A stretch of 63,804 bases of DNA, the filler included, from Candidatus Rokuibacteriota bacterium (GTDB taxonomy: Bacteria > JAUVQV01 > DATDCY01): assembly GCA_031406795.1 (NCBI GenBank). It is 5 parts of 5 records of this genome, joined end to end, with 100 filler letters (N's around TTAATTAATTAA, not from the genome) between each part and the next. Parts side by side here need not be neighbours in the genome. Positions count along the whole stretch, not along the records: positions 32,457 to 53,606 come from JANOHV010000121.1; 4 more parts are not named here. One strand, written 5' to 3'. The stretch's first letter is position 1; every line of letters begins with the position of its first letter. Positions 32,357 to 41,726 of this stretch are shown here, in pieces. A model generated the notes under the pieces. It searched no databases. It was not told the DNA's origin and was given only the letters and a program-made list of their open reading frames with translations. Both the position numbers and the translations under genes were made by a program.

Positions 32357-32456
32357 NNNNNNNNNNNNNNNNNNNNNNNNNNNNNNNNNNNNNNNNNNNN
32401 TTAATTAATTAANNNNNNNNNNNNNNNNNNNNNNNNNNNNNNNNNNNNNNNNNNNN
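32357..32456. other. Artificial contig linker
   Basis: N run with TTAATTAATTAA. Confidence 0.99.
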
Positions 32457-32585
32457 GGCCTGGCGGTCACGGGTGCGGAGGAGGGGGTCGGTCGGGCGGC
32501 AACCTCCGCGGTGGTCACCGGCATCTTCCTGATCATCCTGGCGGACGCCCTCTTCGCCGTCGTGATCGCCTACCTGCCGTTCTGA
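32457..32585 (+). CDS. MlaE-family ABC permease, C-terminal fragment
   Basis: Hand translation GLAVTGAEEGVGRAATSAVVTGIFLIILADALFAVVIAYLPF*. Confidence 0.85.
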   Translation, partial: GLAVTGAEEGVGRAATSAVVTGIFLIILADALFAVVIAYLPF

Positions 32586-32603
32586 GGGAGGCACGTACGG
32601 GTC

Positions 32604-33410
32604 ATGAGCGGAGAGGCTGTTCAAACCGGGTTGGGGCCCAGGACCGTTCAACCGGCGGCGGCGGGCGGGAGCCCCATCATCCGGGCCGACGGCCTCGAGG
32701 TCGGCTTCGGGGGCCCGCCGGTTCTCACGGGGGTGAGCTTCTCGGTCCAGCCCGGGGAGATCTTCGCGATTCTCGGGGGGAGCGGCTCGGGGAAGACGAC
32801 GCTGCTGCGCGTGCTGCTGGGGCTGCAGCCGGCCAGCCGCGGCAGCCTGAGCGTCGCCGGAATCGACCTGGTGGGCGCCACCGAGGAGACGAAAGCCGGA
32901 GTCGTCCGCAATCTGGGGGTCGCTTTTCAGACCGGGGCGCTCTTCGGTTCGCTGACTCTTGCCGAAAACGTGATGGTGCCGATCCGGGCGCAAACGGGCC
33001 TGCGCGAATCCACGGCCAAGCTGCTTGCGGGGATCAAGCTGGCGAGCGTCGGGCTGGCGGCCGCGGCCGGCCTGCTTCCCGCGCAGGTCTCCGGCGGGAT
33101 GCGCAAGCGCGCGGGCATCGCGCGGGCCATGGCGCTCGACCCGAAGATCCTGGTGCTGGACGAGCCCTCCTCCGGACTCGACCCGTTGACGTCGGCGGAT
33201 CTGGACAGCCTGATCCTGACCTTGAACCGCTCGCTCGGGATCACCGTCGTGATGGTCACCCACAATCTGACCAGTGTCTTCTCGGTGGCGCAGCAGTGTA
33301 TTCTCATCGATGCCGAGGTGAAGGGGATCCTGGCGCAGGGGTCTCCGGCAGAGTTGCGCGGGGAGCATCCGAACCCGAAGGTGCGGGCCTTCTTTCAGAG
33401 CACGGCTTAG
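32604..33410 (+). CDS. MlaF-type ABC ATP-binding protein
   Basis: GGSGSGKT, VSGGMRKRAGIARA.ALDP and LDEPSSGLDP. Confidence 0.92.
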   Translation: MSGEAVQTGLGPRTVQPAAAGGSPIIRADGLEVGFGGPPVLTGVSFSVQPGEIFAILGGSGSGKTTLLRVLLGLQPASRGSLSVAGIDLVGATEETKAGVVRNLGVAFQTGALFGSLTLAENVMVPIRAQTGLRESTAKLLAGIKLASVGLAAAAGLLPAQVSGGMRKRAGIARAMALDPKILVLDEPSSGLDPLTSADLDSLILTLNRSLGITVVMVTHNLTSVFSVAQQCILIDAEVKGILAQGSPAELRGEHPNPKVRAFFQSTA

Positions 33411-33419
33411 GAGAGGACG

Positions 33420-34487
33420 ATGGCGACAGAGGCCAACAAGTTCAAAGTCGGGATCTTCCTGATTGCGGGCTTCCTGATCTTCAATGGGGCGCTCATCTGG
33501 ATCGGGGCCTCCCGGCTCTTCGAGAGCACCCGGGAATACGTCACGTACTTCACCGAGAGCGTGCAGGGCCTCGACGTGGGATCCGCGGTGAAGTTCCGCG
33601 GGGTGCCGCTCGGCCGTGTCAAGGAGATCCATGTCGCGCCCGACAGAGTGCTCGTGGAGGTGCGGCTGGAGATCACGCCGGCCTTCCAGGTCACGCCCGG
33701 GATGCGGACGACCCTCGCCTCTTCGGGAATCACCGGGATGGCCTTCGTGGAGATCGCTCTTCCGCCCGAGGGGGCGCCGCCGCCGCCCAGGCTCTCCTTC
33801 ACGCCGCGGGGGGCGTACATCCCCTCCCAGCGCTCCTTTCTGACGAACCTCATGAGCGCGCTCACCGACATCGCGGCGCAGGCGCGCGGCACGGACCTGC
33901 GGGGGCTCGTGGCGGAGTTTCGGGAGCTGGTGAACGCGGTCAATCGCCGGGTCTCCGGCCCGGAAGTCGGCAACACGCTCCAGCGCATTTCCGAGGCCGC
34001 GGACGCCCTCGACATCCTGACGCGCCGGGTGACGGCCTTTCTCGAGGATCCGAAGTTCTCGGGGGCCGTGGGGCGCGTCGGCACCGCGCTGGAGGATCTG
34101 GAGAGCGGCGCCCACTCCGTCAAGTCGCTGCTGGCGGATCCGCGACTCGCCGAGACGCTGGGGGATGTCCGGGCGGCCGCCGATGCTCTGCGCAAGTTCT
34201 CGGAGGAAATGAACGCCGAGGCGGCGGCGCTGCGCGCGGGCGAGCGGCTCGATTCCGTCGAGCGGAACCTCGAGGGAGCGCTCGACGGCGTCGACAAGGC
34301 GGCCGGGGCTGCGGCTCAGACTGCCGCGCGCTGGGAGCGCCTGGCGGGCGGGGTCGAACACTCGCTCCAGGATGCGCTGACCCGGATCGGCCGGGCGGCC
34401 GGCCGGCTGGAGAGCCTGGCGAAATCGCTGGAGGCGAGCCCCTCGCGCTTCCTGCTCGAAAAACCGGCGAAGGAGGATTTCCGATGA
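33420..34487 (+). CDS. MCE/MlaD-domain protein with long helical C-terminus
   Basis: N-terminal TM followed by YFTESVQGLDVGSAVKFRGV..GRV. Confidence 0.9.
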   Translation: MATEANKFKVGIFLIAGFLIFNGALIWIGASRLFESTREYVTYFTESVQGLDVGSAVKFRGVPLGRVKEIHVAPDRVLVEVRLEITPAFQVTPGMRTTLASSGITGMAFVEIALPPEGAPPPPRLSFTPRGAYIPSQRSFLTNLMSALTDIAAQARGTDLRGLVAEFRELVNAVNRRVSGPEVGNTLQRISEAADALDILTRRVTAFLEDPKFSGAVGRVGTALEDLESGAHSVKSLLADPRLAETLGDVRAAADALRKFSEEMNAEAAALRAGERLDSVERNLEGALDGVDKAAGAAAQTAARWERLAGGVEHSLQDALTRIGRAAGRLESLAKSLEASPSRFLLEKPAKEDFR

Positions 34488-35092
34488 GAGCAGTGCTGGC
34501 TGCACTTCTATTGACGGTCCTGCTGCCGGGGTGCGGCGGCCTGCTGCGGGAGTCGAAGCCCACGGTCTGGCTCGCGCTCGAGCCGGCCTTGCCGGCCGGG
34601 GGAGCCCGCGCCGGGGCGCCTTCGCTGGAGGTCGACACCTTCGCGACGGCCGCGGCCTTTCGCGGCGACCAGGTCTCGGCCCGGGTCGGGCCCTCCCGGT
34701 GGTCATTCACGTCGTACCACCACTGGGTCGCCGATCCGGGGGAGATGGTCGCTTCCTCGACCCGGGACTATCTGAGCCGTACCGGGCTCTTCGGCGCGGT
34801 ATTCACGCCGCCGGGGCCGCTGGAGGCCGATTACCGCCTGAGCGGTGCGGTCCGGGGGCTATACTGGGACCGCGAAAAGGGGACGGCGGTTCTCGAACTG
34901 GAGGCCACCCTGATCGCGCGTCCCGCCACGCTGCGGGGATTCTGGGTCTACCGCAAGGAGACACCCGTGGCGGGCGACGAAGTGCAGGGCTTCCTGCATT
35001 CGGCGTCGGCCGCCCTGGGCCTCGCGCTCGTGGATCTCAGCCGGGACCTCGCCGCGGCGGTCGGCGGCGCCCCGCCGCCGGGAAGCCGTTAG
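34484..35092 (+). CDS. ABC transport auxiliary lipoprotein (PqiC-like)
   Basis: LPGC lipobox, YHHWVADP.EM and DYRLSG; ATG overlaps the MCE stop. Confidence 0.82.
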   Translation: MRAVLAALLLTVLLPGCGGLLRESKPTVWLALEPALPAGGARAGAPSLEVDTFATAAAFRGDQVSARVGPSRWSFTSYHHWVADPGEMVASSTRDYLSRTGLFGAVFTPPGPLEADYRLSGAVRGLYWDREKGTAVLELEATLIARPATLRGFWVYRKETPVAGDEVQGFLHSASAALGLALVDLSRDLAAAVGGAPPPGSR

Positions 35093-35111
35093 CAGCCTGC
35101 TTGGGCTGCTA
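35090..35111. terminator. Hairpin between convergent stop codons
   Basis: TAGCAGCC-TGCTTG-GGCTGCTA; no U tract. Confidence 0.4.
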
Positions 35112-35113
35112 GC

Positions 35114-36283
35114 TCAGAAGGCGATCTTCCTGACGACCCGGTGAATGAGCAGCTCGCTCGCCGGCGCGGGGTGGTAAGTGAGCCGGACCTGCACGTCGGC
35201 GCTCTTCGTTCCCGCGGGTAGTTCCTTGACGAACCGCTCCCGCGTGGCCGTGCGCGGCGGGAGGGAGAAGTCCAGAATCTCCTTGATCTGCCAGGCGCCG
35301 AGCCGCTGGCGGCCCTCCGCGTCCAATCCCATCTCCCAGTACTCCCGCCGCCCCAGGTTGACCACGGTTCCCGTATCAGTCGTGGCGGTCGCTTCCAGGA
35401 CCGCCTTCGCCGTCCAGAGTCAGCCGTCGGGGATGCGGTGCCCCGCCCGGTTGGTCAGCTCCACTTCCACGACGGCCGTGGGCACCCAGGTCCCGGGCGT
35501 CGTTTTCACCGCCGCGGCCTGCACCTCGAAACCGATGCCCTCCCGGACCATCTCGACATCGTAGGCGCCGGGGAAGGTGTGGCCACGTTTTTCTTTGCGC
35601 ATGTGGCAGTCCTGGCAGGTCTCGGTGCCGCCGTTGCCGCGATAGCCGTCCTGGTAGCTGCCGTAAAGGGTGTTGCACATCACGATTTCGCCGTCCGGCT
35701 GAGTCTGAACGCCATGGCACTGACCGCAGAAGACCGACGATGCGAGCGCCGCCGAGCGCTCCGTGGGGTGGTCGGACGTCAGCACGCCGCGCGGACCGTA
35801 GTAGACGCCCGGGGCGGGAGCGCCGCGCAGGTTCTTCTCGACCGCGACCATCGTGTGGTGGCAGATCACGCAGTTGACGCTCAACTTCGCCAGTTCGTCC
35901 TTCGCCGCGGACTTCTTGGCCGTATCCTTCTCGTCCACGGCCGCGACGATGAGCTCGGCGACCTGCCTGATCAGCGGCTCAGAGGCTTCCCGCAGCATCG
36001 GCGCGTGGCAGCCCATGCACCGCATCAGGTTCTCCCGGGTGACCGGCTTCTTCCACTCCTGTCCGAGGCCGAAGACGATGAAGTTGCGCAGCCCCCCCAG
36101 CGAGTGGACGATCGATTGGGCGTGGAAGGACTTCTGCCACTCGTCGTGGACGCTCTCGTGGCACCCCCGGCAGGTCTGCGGGTTGAAGGCCCTCGCCAGA
36201 TCGTCGATGGTGGCGTACTCCGCGCGGGCGGCGCCCGGCAGGATCGCCGTAAGCAGCGCGATCAGCAGAAGCGGCGTTTTCAT
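35114..36283 (-). CDS. ExtKL-type multiheme cytochrome c selenoprotein (UGA at 35420-35422 read as Sec)
   Basis: Signal peptide and five CxxCH motifs (CRGCH, CMGCH, CVICH, CGQCH, CQDCH). GHRIPDG-TGA-LWTAKAVLE continues in frame to 35114, and a SECIS-like hairpin follows the TGA. Confidence 0.88.
35384..35405 (-). promoter_or_regulatory. Bacterial SECIS element
   Basis: 14 nt after UGA: GGCGGUC-CU-GGA-AG-C-GACCGCC, a stem with a bulge and a G-first apical loop. Confidence 0.75.
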
Positions 36284-36348
36284 CGGCGGCCCCCTTTTCT
36301 ATTGGAACCTGACGCTGCCCCCGAGTCTCCCGCCGCGGGACATGAAAG

Positions 36349-38322
36349 TCAAGGTTCGTGCGTCTGCGGCGCCGCTTCGGCGAACCGTGCCGCGATCGCC
36401 TTGAATTGAAGCTGGTTCGCCAGAAAGGCGTCGAGCACATCCGGGTCGAAATGCGTGCCGCGGCCTTTCGCCAGGATGCCGGCGGCCTGCTCGTGCGTCA
36501 TCGCTTCCTTGTACGAGCGGCGGCTCACGAGCGCGTCGTAGACATCGGCGACGGCCATCAGGCGTCCGGCGATCGGGATCTGCTCGCCGCTGAGTCCCTG
36601 GGGATACCCGGTGCCGTCCCACTTCTCCTGGTGCGTCAGCGCGAACTCGCGGGCGATCCGGAGGAAGGAGTCGTCGCCGAGGTGCCGCTCGGCCATCTCC
36701 AGTGTGGCGTCGCCGTAGCTCGTGTGGTGCTTCATCTCCTCGAACTCCGCGCTGGTCAGCCGCGTCGGCTTGAGCAGAATGTTGTCGCGCACGCCGACCT
36801 TGCCGATGTCGTGCAGCGGGGCGAGCCTGAAGAGCAATTCTATGGACTGGTCATTGAGGAAATCGCGGAAGCGCGGGTGTTCGCGCAGCCGTTCGGCGAG
36901 GACCTTGACGTAGTGGCGGGTGCGCTGGATATGTCCGCCGGTCTCGCTGTCGCGCGTCTCCGCGAGCGCGGCCATGCTCTGGATGATGACGTCCTGCGTG
37001 AGCGAGAGCTTGCGGGAGAACCTGGCCGCCACGCGCTCGCCCTGACGGAAGCGCAGGTAAGAGAGCAGGGCGAAGCTCCCGGCGAGGACGAACTGGGGGA
37101 TAAGCGGGGAGACGAAAAGCCCTTCCCGCGTGAAGAGCAGAAACGAACCTCCCCAGAGGAGCCCCGAGCCGACGACCAGCAGCGGCAGTCCGGCGATCGC
37201 GCCGGCGCGCGAGAGCACGAGGGTCGCCAGTGTGCCTGCGAAAAGCGCCGCCAGCAGTTCCCAACCGTGCGCGGAGCGTGGGCGTTGCAGGAAATCGCCC
37301 TGGATCAAGGTGTCCAGCGCCGCCGCGTGCACCTCCGGCCCGGGGAAGACCGGGTCGAAGGGGGTGGCTCGCAGCTCCTTCAGCCCGGCGGCGGTGGTGC
37401 CGACGATGGCGATGCGCCCCGCGAGGGCCTTCGCCGGAATGCGTCCCTCGAGCACGGCGGCCGCGGAGAAGTAGTCGTACCCATGCCCGGCGCCTCGAAA
37501 GCGAACGAGCATGTTTCCGTTGCCGTCGATGGGGATTCTTCGCCCGGCGACCTGGAGGTGTCGGGGCGCTGCGGCGGCCAACGCCACGGCCACGTCGCCC
37601 CCGCCGCGGGCGCGCAGGAGCGCCGCGAGCACCAGACTCGGGTAGGTCTCCCCGCGGTGTTCGATCAGCAGCGGGATGCTGCGCAGGGTGCCATCCGGGT
37701 CGGGGGCAACATTGAAGAAACCCGAGGCGCCGGCCGCACGCGAGAGCTGCGGCAGGTTGCAGACGACCTGCGGCGCCTGGACGAGGCGCACCTCGTCGGT
37801 GCGCCTCTCCCGGTCGATCGCGAGCGGGTGCAGCAGGCAAGCGCCCGGGTCGCCGTTGCCGGTGGCCGGGCCGAAGCCGAAGGCGTACCCGAGTACGAAG
37901 GGGCCGGCCGCGAGGGCTTCGGCGAGGCGCCGGTCATTGTCGACCGCCCGGCCGGACGGATCGCCGACGCTGACGACCACCCCGAGGTCGCGCTCGATTT
38001 CGCGGGTGACCAGCGACAGGGAGGTGCGGTCGGGTTCGGCGAAGACGATGTCCAGCGCGACGGCCGCCGCGCCGAGATCGCGCACCCGATCGAGCAGCTG
38101 CGCCACCCGATAGCGTGGCCAGGGCCACTGGCCGAAGCGGGCGAGGCTCTCCTCGTCGATGTCCACGACCACCGGGACCGCGCCGGCCGGTCGGTGCGTC
38201 GCGCCGCGCAAGAAGCTGTCGTAGACGCGCCCTTCGACGCCCCGGTAGGCGCGGGGGGAGGACCAGCACGCGATGGCGACCAGCAGGGTGAACCCAAGCC
38301 CCGCGGCGACGATCTGTCTCAC
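36349..38322 (-). CDS. CHASE2-sensor HD-GYP phosphodiesterase
   Basis: VDIDEESL..FGQWPWPR, DIVFAEPD and PGPEVHA (CHASE2), 3 TM segments, then LHDIGKVG and HQEKWDGTGYP. Confidence 0.93.
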   Translation of the reverse strand: MRQIVAAGLGFTLLVAIACWSSPRAYRGVEGRVYDSFLRGATHRPAGAVPVVVDIDEESLARFGQWPWPRYRVAQLLDRVRDLGAAAVALDIVFAEPDRTSLSLVTREIERDLGVVVSVGDPSGRAVDNDRRLAEALAAGPFVLGYAFGFGPATGNGDPGACLLHPLAIDRERRTDEVRLVQAPQVVCNLPQLSRAAGASGFFNVAPDPDGTLRSIPLLIEHRGETYPSLVLAALLRARGGGDVAVALAAAAPRHLQVAGRRIPIDGNGNMLVRFRGAGHGYDYFSAAAVLEGRIPAKALAGRIAIVGTTAAGLKELRATPFDPVFPGPEVHAAALDTLIQGDFLQRPRSAHGWELLAALFAGTLATLVLSRAGAIAGLPLLVVGSGLLWGGSFLLFTREGLFVSPLIPQFVLAGSFALLSYLRFRQGERVAARFSRKLSLTQDVIIQSMAALAETRDSETGGHIQRTRHYVKVLAERLREHPRFRDFLNDQSIELLFRLAPLHDIGKVGVRDNILLKPTRLTSAEFEEMKHHTSYGDATLEMAERHLGDDSFLRIAREFALTHQEKWDGTGYPQGLSGEQIPIAGRLMAVADVYDALVSRRSYKEAMTHEQAAGILAKGRGTHFDPDVLDAFLANQLQFKAIAARFAEAAPQTHEP

Positions 38323-38325
38323 TCG

Positions 38326-38970
38326 CTATCTCACGGTGACTTCGACGCGGCGATTCCTCGGTTCGGAAACATTGTCTCCCGTCGGCACGAGAGGGTTGAC
38401 TTCGCCGTGGGAGGTGATGTCGAGCGCGCCGGGATCGAGCCCCTCCGCGACGAGCAGAGCGCCGACTGCCATCGCCCGGCGCAGAGAGAGCGCCATGTTC
38501 GTCCGCGCGTCTCCGGCGGTGTCGGAGTGGCCGACGACGCTCGTATCGACGGAGGCGTACTCGCGAACGGTGGCGATTATCGCGGGGAATTCGGCCCGGG
38601 AAACCCCGGTCAATTCCGTTGAACCCTGTTCGAAATAAAGGAGGAAGTGGCGCGGCGGCGTCGGCTGCGCCGCAAGGGCGGCTCCGAATGTCGCCTCGAG
38701 TTCGGCGGCACCCATCGTTGCCGGCGCGGTCGGTGCGCTCCCCGCGTCACGGATGCGCGTGGCGTCTCCCGCCCGGTCGAGGGTGCGGCTGCCCGCCCGG
38801 TTCGACACGATTACGCGGCCGACCTTGCCGTCGGCGTCGGGCAGCAGCACGACCGCGTTCAGCGGTTGGGCGGGCGGCGGCGGGGCGACCGCCGCCGGAT
38901 GTGGCGTCGCGCAGGCCGCCAACGGCAGCGCGAAGGCGAGGGCAAGCCGTAGATGGATGCGCATGGTCAC
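38326..38970 (-). CDS. OmpA-C-like peptidoglycan-binding lipoprotein
   Basis: LAAC lipobox; GHSD..G...N..LS.RRA..V and NRRVEV. Confidence 0.92.
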   Translation of the reverse strand: MTMRIHLRLALAFALPLAACATPHPAAVAPPPPAQPLNAVVLLPDADGKVGRVIVSNRAGSRTLDRAGDATRIRDAGSAPTAPATMGAAELEATFGAALAAQPTPPRHFLLYFEQGSTELTGVSRAEFPAIIATVREYASVDTSVVGHSDTAGDARTNMALSLRRAMAVGALLVAEGLDPGALDITSHGEVNPLVPTGDNVSEPRNRRVEVTVR

Positions 38971-39431
38971 TCCGAGACCCTGGCGGCGAAGTGCGTGCCC
39001 CGCACGCCGATGGTCGCCACCGGGGTCACGAAAATCGACGACTCCGGCGCGAGGCGGCCGATGAGCCCCGAGACGTAAGCCATGGTGCCGCGCAGGAACC
39101 GGGCCGTGAAACCCAGCTTGCCGTCGGCGGGCACGAAGAGGAATTTTTCGATCCCGAAATGGCTCGAGGGGCCGAGCGAGATGAGGGAGTCATCGCGAAG
39201 GACAATACCCAGCCGTCCGTCAGGCCCGGTTTCCAGGATGTCGCCTGAGTTCAACTTGAAACCAGGCAGGGCGGGTGTCTGTCGCCCGTCGCGAACAACG
39301 ACAGCCTGTCCGAAAACCTTCTTGATACTGCCGACGGTCTTTTCGTCGGCGACGGCCGGGCGCGCGATCAGCAGCAGCGTTTGAAGCAGCGCGATTCCGG
39401 CGAGCACTGCCACGCTCCGGAGGCGACTCAT
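38967..39431 (-). CDS. Secreted FecR-domain protein
   Basis: Signal peptide, GDILETG.DG and DDSLISLGPSS, ending TPVATIGVRGTHF. Confidence 0.88.
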   Translation of the reverse strand: MSRLRSVAVLAGIALLQTLLLIARPAVADEKTVGSIKKVFGQAVVVRDGRQTPALPGFKLNSGDILETGPDGRLGIVLRDDSLISLGPSSHFGIEKFLFVPADGKLGFTARFLRGTMAYVSGLIGRLAPESSIFVTPVATIGVRGTHFAARVSE

Positions 39432-39533
39432 TCCCGATCCTCCTTCAACGACGAAACCGGTCGCAGGCCCCTCGCCGGGACCAGGCGACCGGTTCCGGTC
39501 GGTGCTGCCGTACCTGAGAAGTGAAGCGGAGTG

Positions 39534-39968
39534 CTAGCGGCTCGAACCGCCGCGGCTCCAGCCGGAACCGCCGCCGTAGTTGCCGCCGCCGGCGCCACCA
39601 GCGCCGCCGGCACCGCCGGCGCGGTTGCCGCCGCCGCCGTAGCCACCGCCGCCACCGGAACGTCCGCCGCCGCCGTAGCCGCCGCCGCCGCCGGAGCGTG
39701 CGCCGCCACCACCGCCGCCGCCTTCGGTCCGGGGCTTGGCTTCGGCGACATTCAGCGCGCGACCCTTGAGATCCTTGCCGTTGAGGGCCGCGATTGCGGC
39801 CTGAGCCTCGGCCTGAGCGGCCATTTCGACGAAGCCGAACCCGCGCGACTCGCCGGTGAACTTGTCCTTGATGACGTTGGCTGACGCCACGGCACCGTGG
39901 GCCTCGAAGGCCTCACGAAGGTCGGCGTCCGTGACCTGGCGCGAGAGATTGCCGATGAAAATGTTCAT
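39534..39968 (-). CDS. RRM RNA-binding protein with Gly-rich tail
   Basis: RNP2 IFIGNLS, RNP1 RGFGFVEM, and GGGGY/RSGGGG repeats. Confidence 0.95.
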   Translation of the reverse strand: MNIFIGNLSRQVTDADLREAFEAHGAVASANVIKDKFTGESRGFGFVEMAAQAEAQAAIAALNGKDLKGRALNVAEAKPRTEGGGGGGGARSGGGGGYGGGGRSGGGGGYGGGGNRAGGAGGAGGAGGGNYGGGSGWSRGGSSR

Positions 39969-40228
39969 ACTCTGCTGCTCCTCCTGTTAACGTTGGGGCC
40001 GGCGATCCGCCGTTTCCCGGTTTTCGCGGCTGGTTCCTTCCGCGCCATGCCTGACATGAGAACACACCCCGCCCCCCGTCGTCAATCGCCTCGCGGGGGC
40101 CGCCGCCCTGTCCCGCGCGTCAGGGTGGGACCATTTGACAGGGCTTGTCTCCTGGATACAGAAATCATTACTCGAGAGCGCCTGTTCCGGAGCCAGATCT
40201 TCTCCTGACATTGAGTGCAGGTCCATTC

Positions 40229-41503
40229 CTACCTCGAAGTGGACCTCGAAAGATTCGCCCGAAAAGCTTGGGGAGCAGCTGCTTTTGATCGCCGGTCGTG
40301 GCGGTTGGGGCCGCCGGAGCCCCCGGGCCGGCCGCTCGGCCGCCGGTCCGCGCGGAACTCGGGCGCTCCGGCGGCGGGCTTGGCTGCGTAGTCGAACCCG
40401 TCGAGGGTCTTGCGCGGGATCGGTTCGCCGAGGGTACGCTCGATGTCGCGCACCATCGCGGTGTCCTCGCTGGTGACGAACGTGAAGGCATCCCCGGTGC
40501 GCTCGAGCCGCCCGGTTCGTCCGATGCGATGGGTGTAGGCATCCACCGTGTCGGGCACGTCGTAGTTGATGACGTGGGAGATCTGGGAAATGTCGATGCC
40601 GCGGGCCGCGATGTCGGTGGCCACGAGCACGGTGTACGTGCCGTTGCGGAAGCCGTCGAGGGCCTCCTGCCGCCGGTTCTGGGAGAGGTTGCCCTGCAGC
40701 GAGGCCGCCCGGTGCCCGAGCTTCACCAGCTGTTCCCCGACGCGTTTGGCGCGGTGCTTGGTCTTGGTGAAGACCAGCACGGAGCCGGTGTCGGTGTGCT
40801 TCAGAAGATCGAGCAGCAGCGGGGTCTTCAGGTGCGCGACCACCGGGTAGAGCGCGTGGGCTACGGTGCTCGTCGGCTTCAGGGTGCCGACCTGGACGGT
40901 GACCGGGTCGTGCAGGATTTCGGCGACCAGGTGGCGCACCTCTTTCGGCATCGTCGCCGAAAACAGGAGGGTCTGGCGCTTCGCCGGCAGGTGCTTGACG
41001 ATCTTGCGAACGTCGGGCAGGAAGCCCATGTCGAACATCCGGTCGGCCTCGTCGAGGACGAGCACTTCGACGTGTTCGAGGTTCGCGGTCCGCTGGCCGA
41101 GGTGGTCGAGGAGCCGGCCCGGGCAGGCGACGACGATGTCGACCCCGGCCTTGAGGGCGCGCATCTGCGGGTTGATGTTGACGCCGCCGTAGATCGAGAG
41201 GCTGCGCAGGTTCAGCGGGCGGCAGAGCGTCACCGCCTGCTGATGGATCTGCTCGGCCAACTCGCGCGTCGGCGCGACGATGAGCGCGCGCACGCGGCCG
41301 CGGTGGCCGGTGGCGAGGCGCTGGAGGATCGGGAGCAAAAAGGCCGCGGTCTTGCCGGTGCCGGTCCGGGCCAGGCCCATGACGTCGCGGCCCGCGAGGG
41401 CGCTCGGTATGGCCTGCTCCTGGATCGGGGTCGGTTGCTCCCAGCCGAGTGTTTGGATGCCGGCCAGAATACGGGTGTCGAGCTTGAACTCCTGGAACTG
41501 CAC
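40229..41503 (-). CDS. DEAD-box RNA helicase (RhlE-like)
   Basis: TPIQ, GTGKT, PTRELA, DEAD, SAT, ARGID and HRIGRTGR; GTG start with AGGAG RBS. Confidence 0.95.
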   Translation of the reverse strand: MQFQEFKLDTRILAGIQTLGWEQPTPIQEQAIPSALAGRDVMGLARTGTGKTAAFLLPILQRLATGHRGRVRALIVAPTRELAEQIHQQAVTLCRPLNLRSLSIYGGVNINPQMRALKAGVDIVVACPGRLLDHLGQRTANLEHVEVLVLDEADRMFDMGFLPDVRKIVKHLPAKRQTLLFSATMPKEVRHLVAEILHDPVTVQVGTLKPTSTVAHALYPVVAHLKTPLLLDLLKHTDTGSVLVFTKTKHRAKRVGEQLVKLGHRAASLQGNLSQNRRQEALDGFRNGTYTVLVATDIAARGIDISQISHVINYDVPDTVDAYTHRIGRTGRLERTGDAFTFVTSEDTAMVRDIERTLGEPIPRKTLDGFDYAAKPAAGAPEFRADRRPSGRPGGSGGPNRHDRRSKAAAPQAFRANLSRSTSR

Positions 41504-41726
41504 GAAAGGCTCCTTCCGGTTGCTGTCGTGGGACGAATCCATCGGTTGAGGGAGGGATCGTTCCGGTTACTGAGTGAAATACATCGATCCTAAGATAGGT
41601 CTCGCGTCGGCAATATGCAAGCGAATTCGCAGCGCGCCCCGCGCCGGTTTCCCTGGTGGACATCATGCCCGGTGACAGGTACCCTGCGCCAATCCGATTC
41701 GAAATGCTCGCACAAAGGGGAGAGCT

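Noticed and set aside
39570-39725. GCC-rich tandem repeats
   Set aside because: They encode the Gly-rich RRM tail; no repeat-spacer structure, so not CRISPR.
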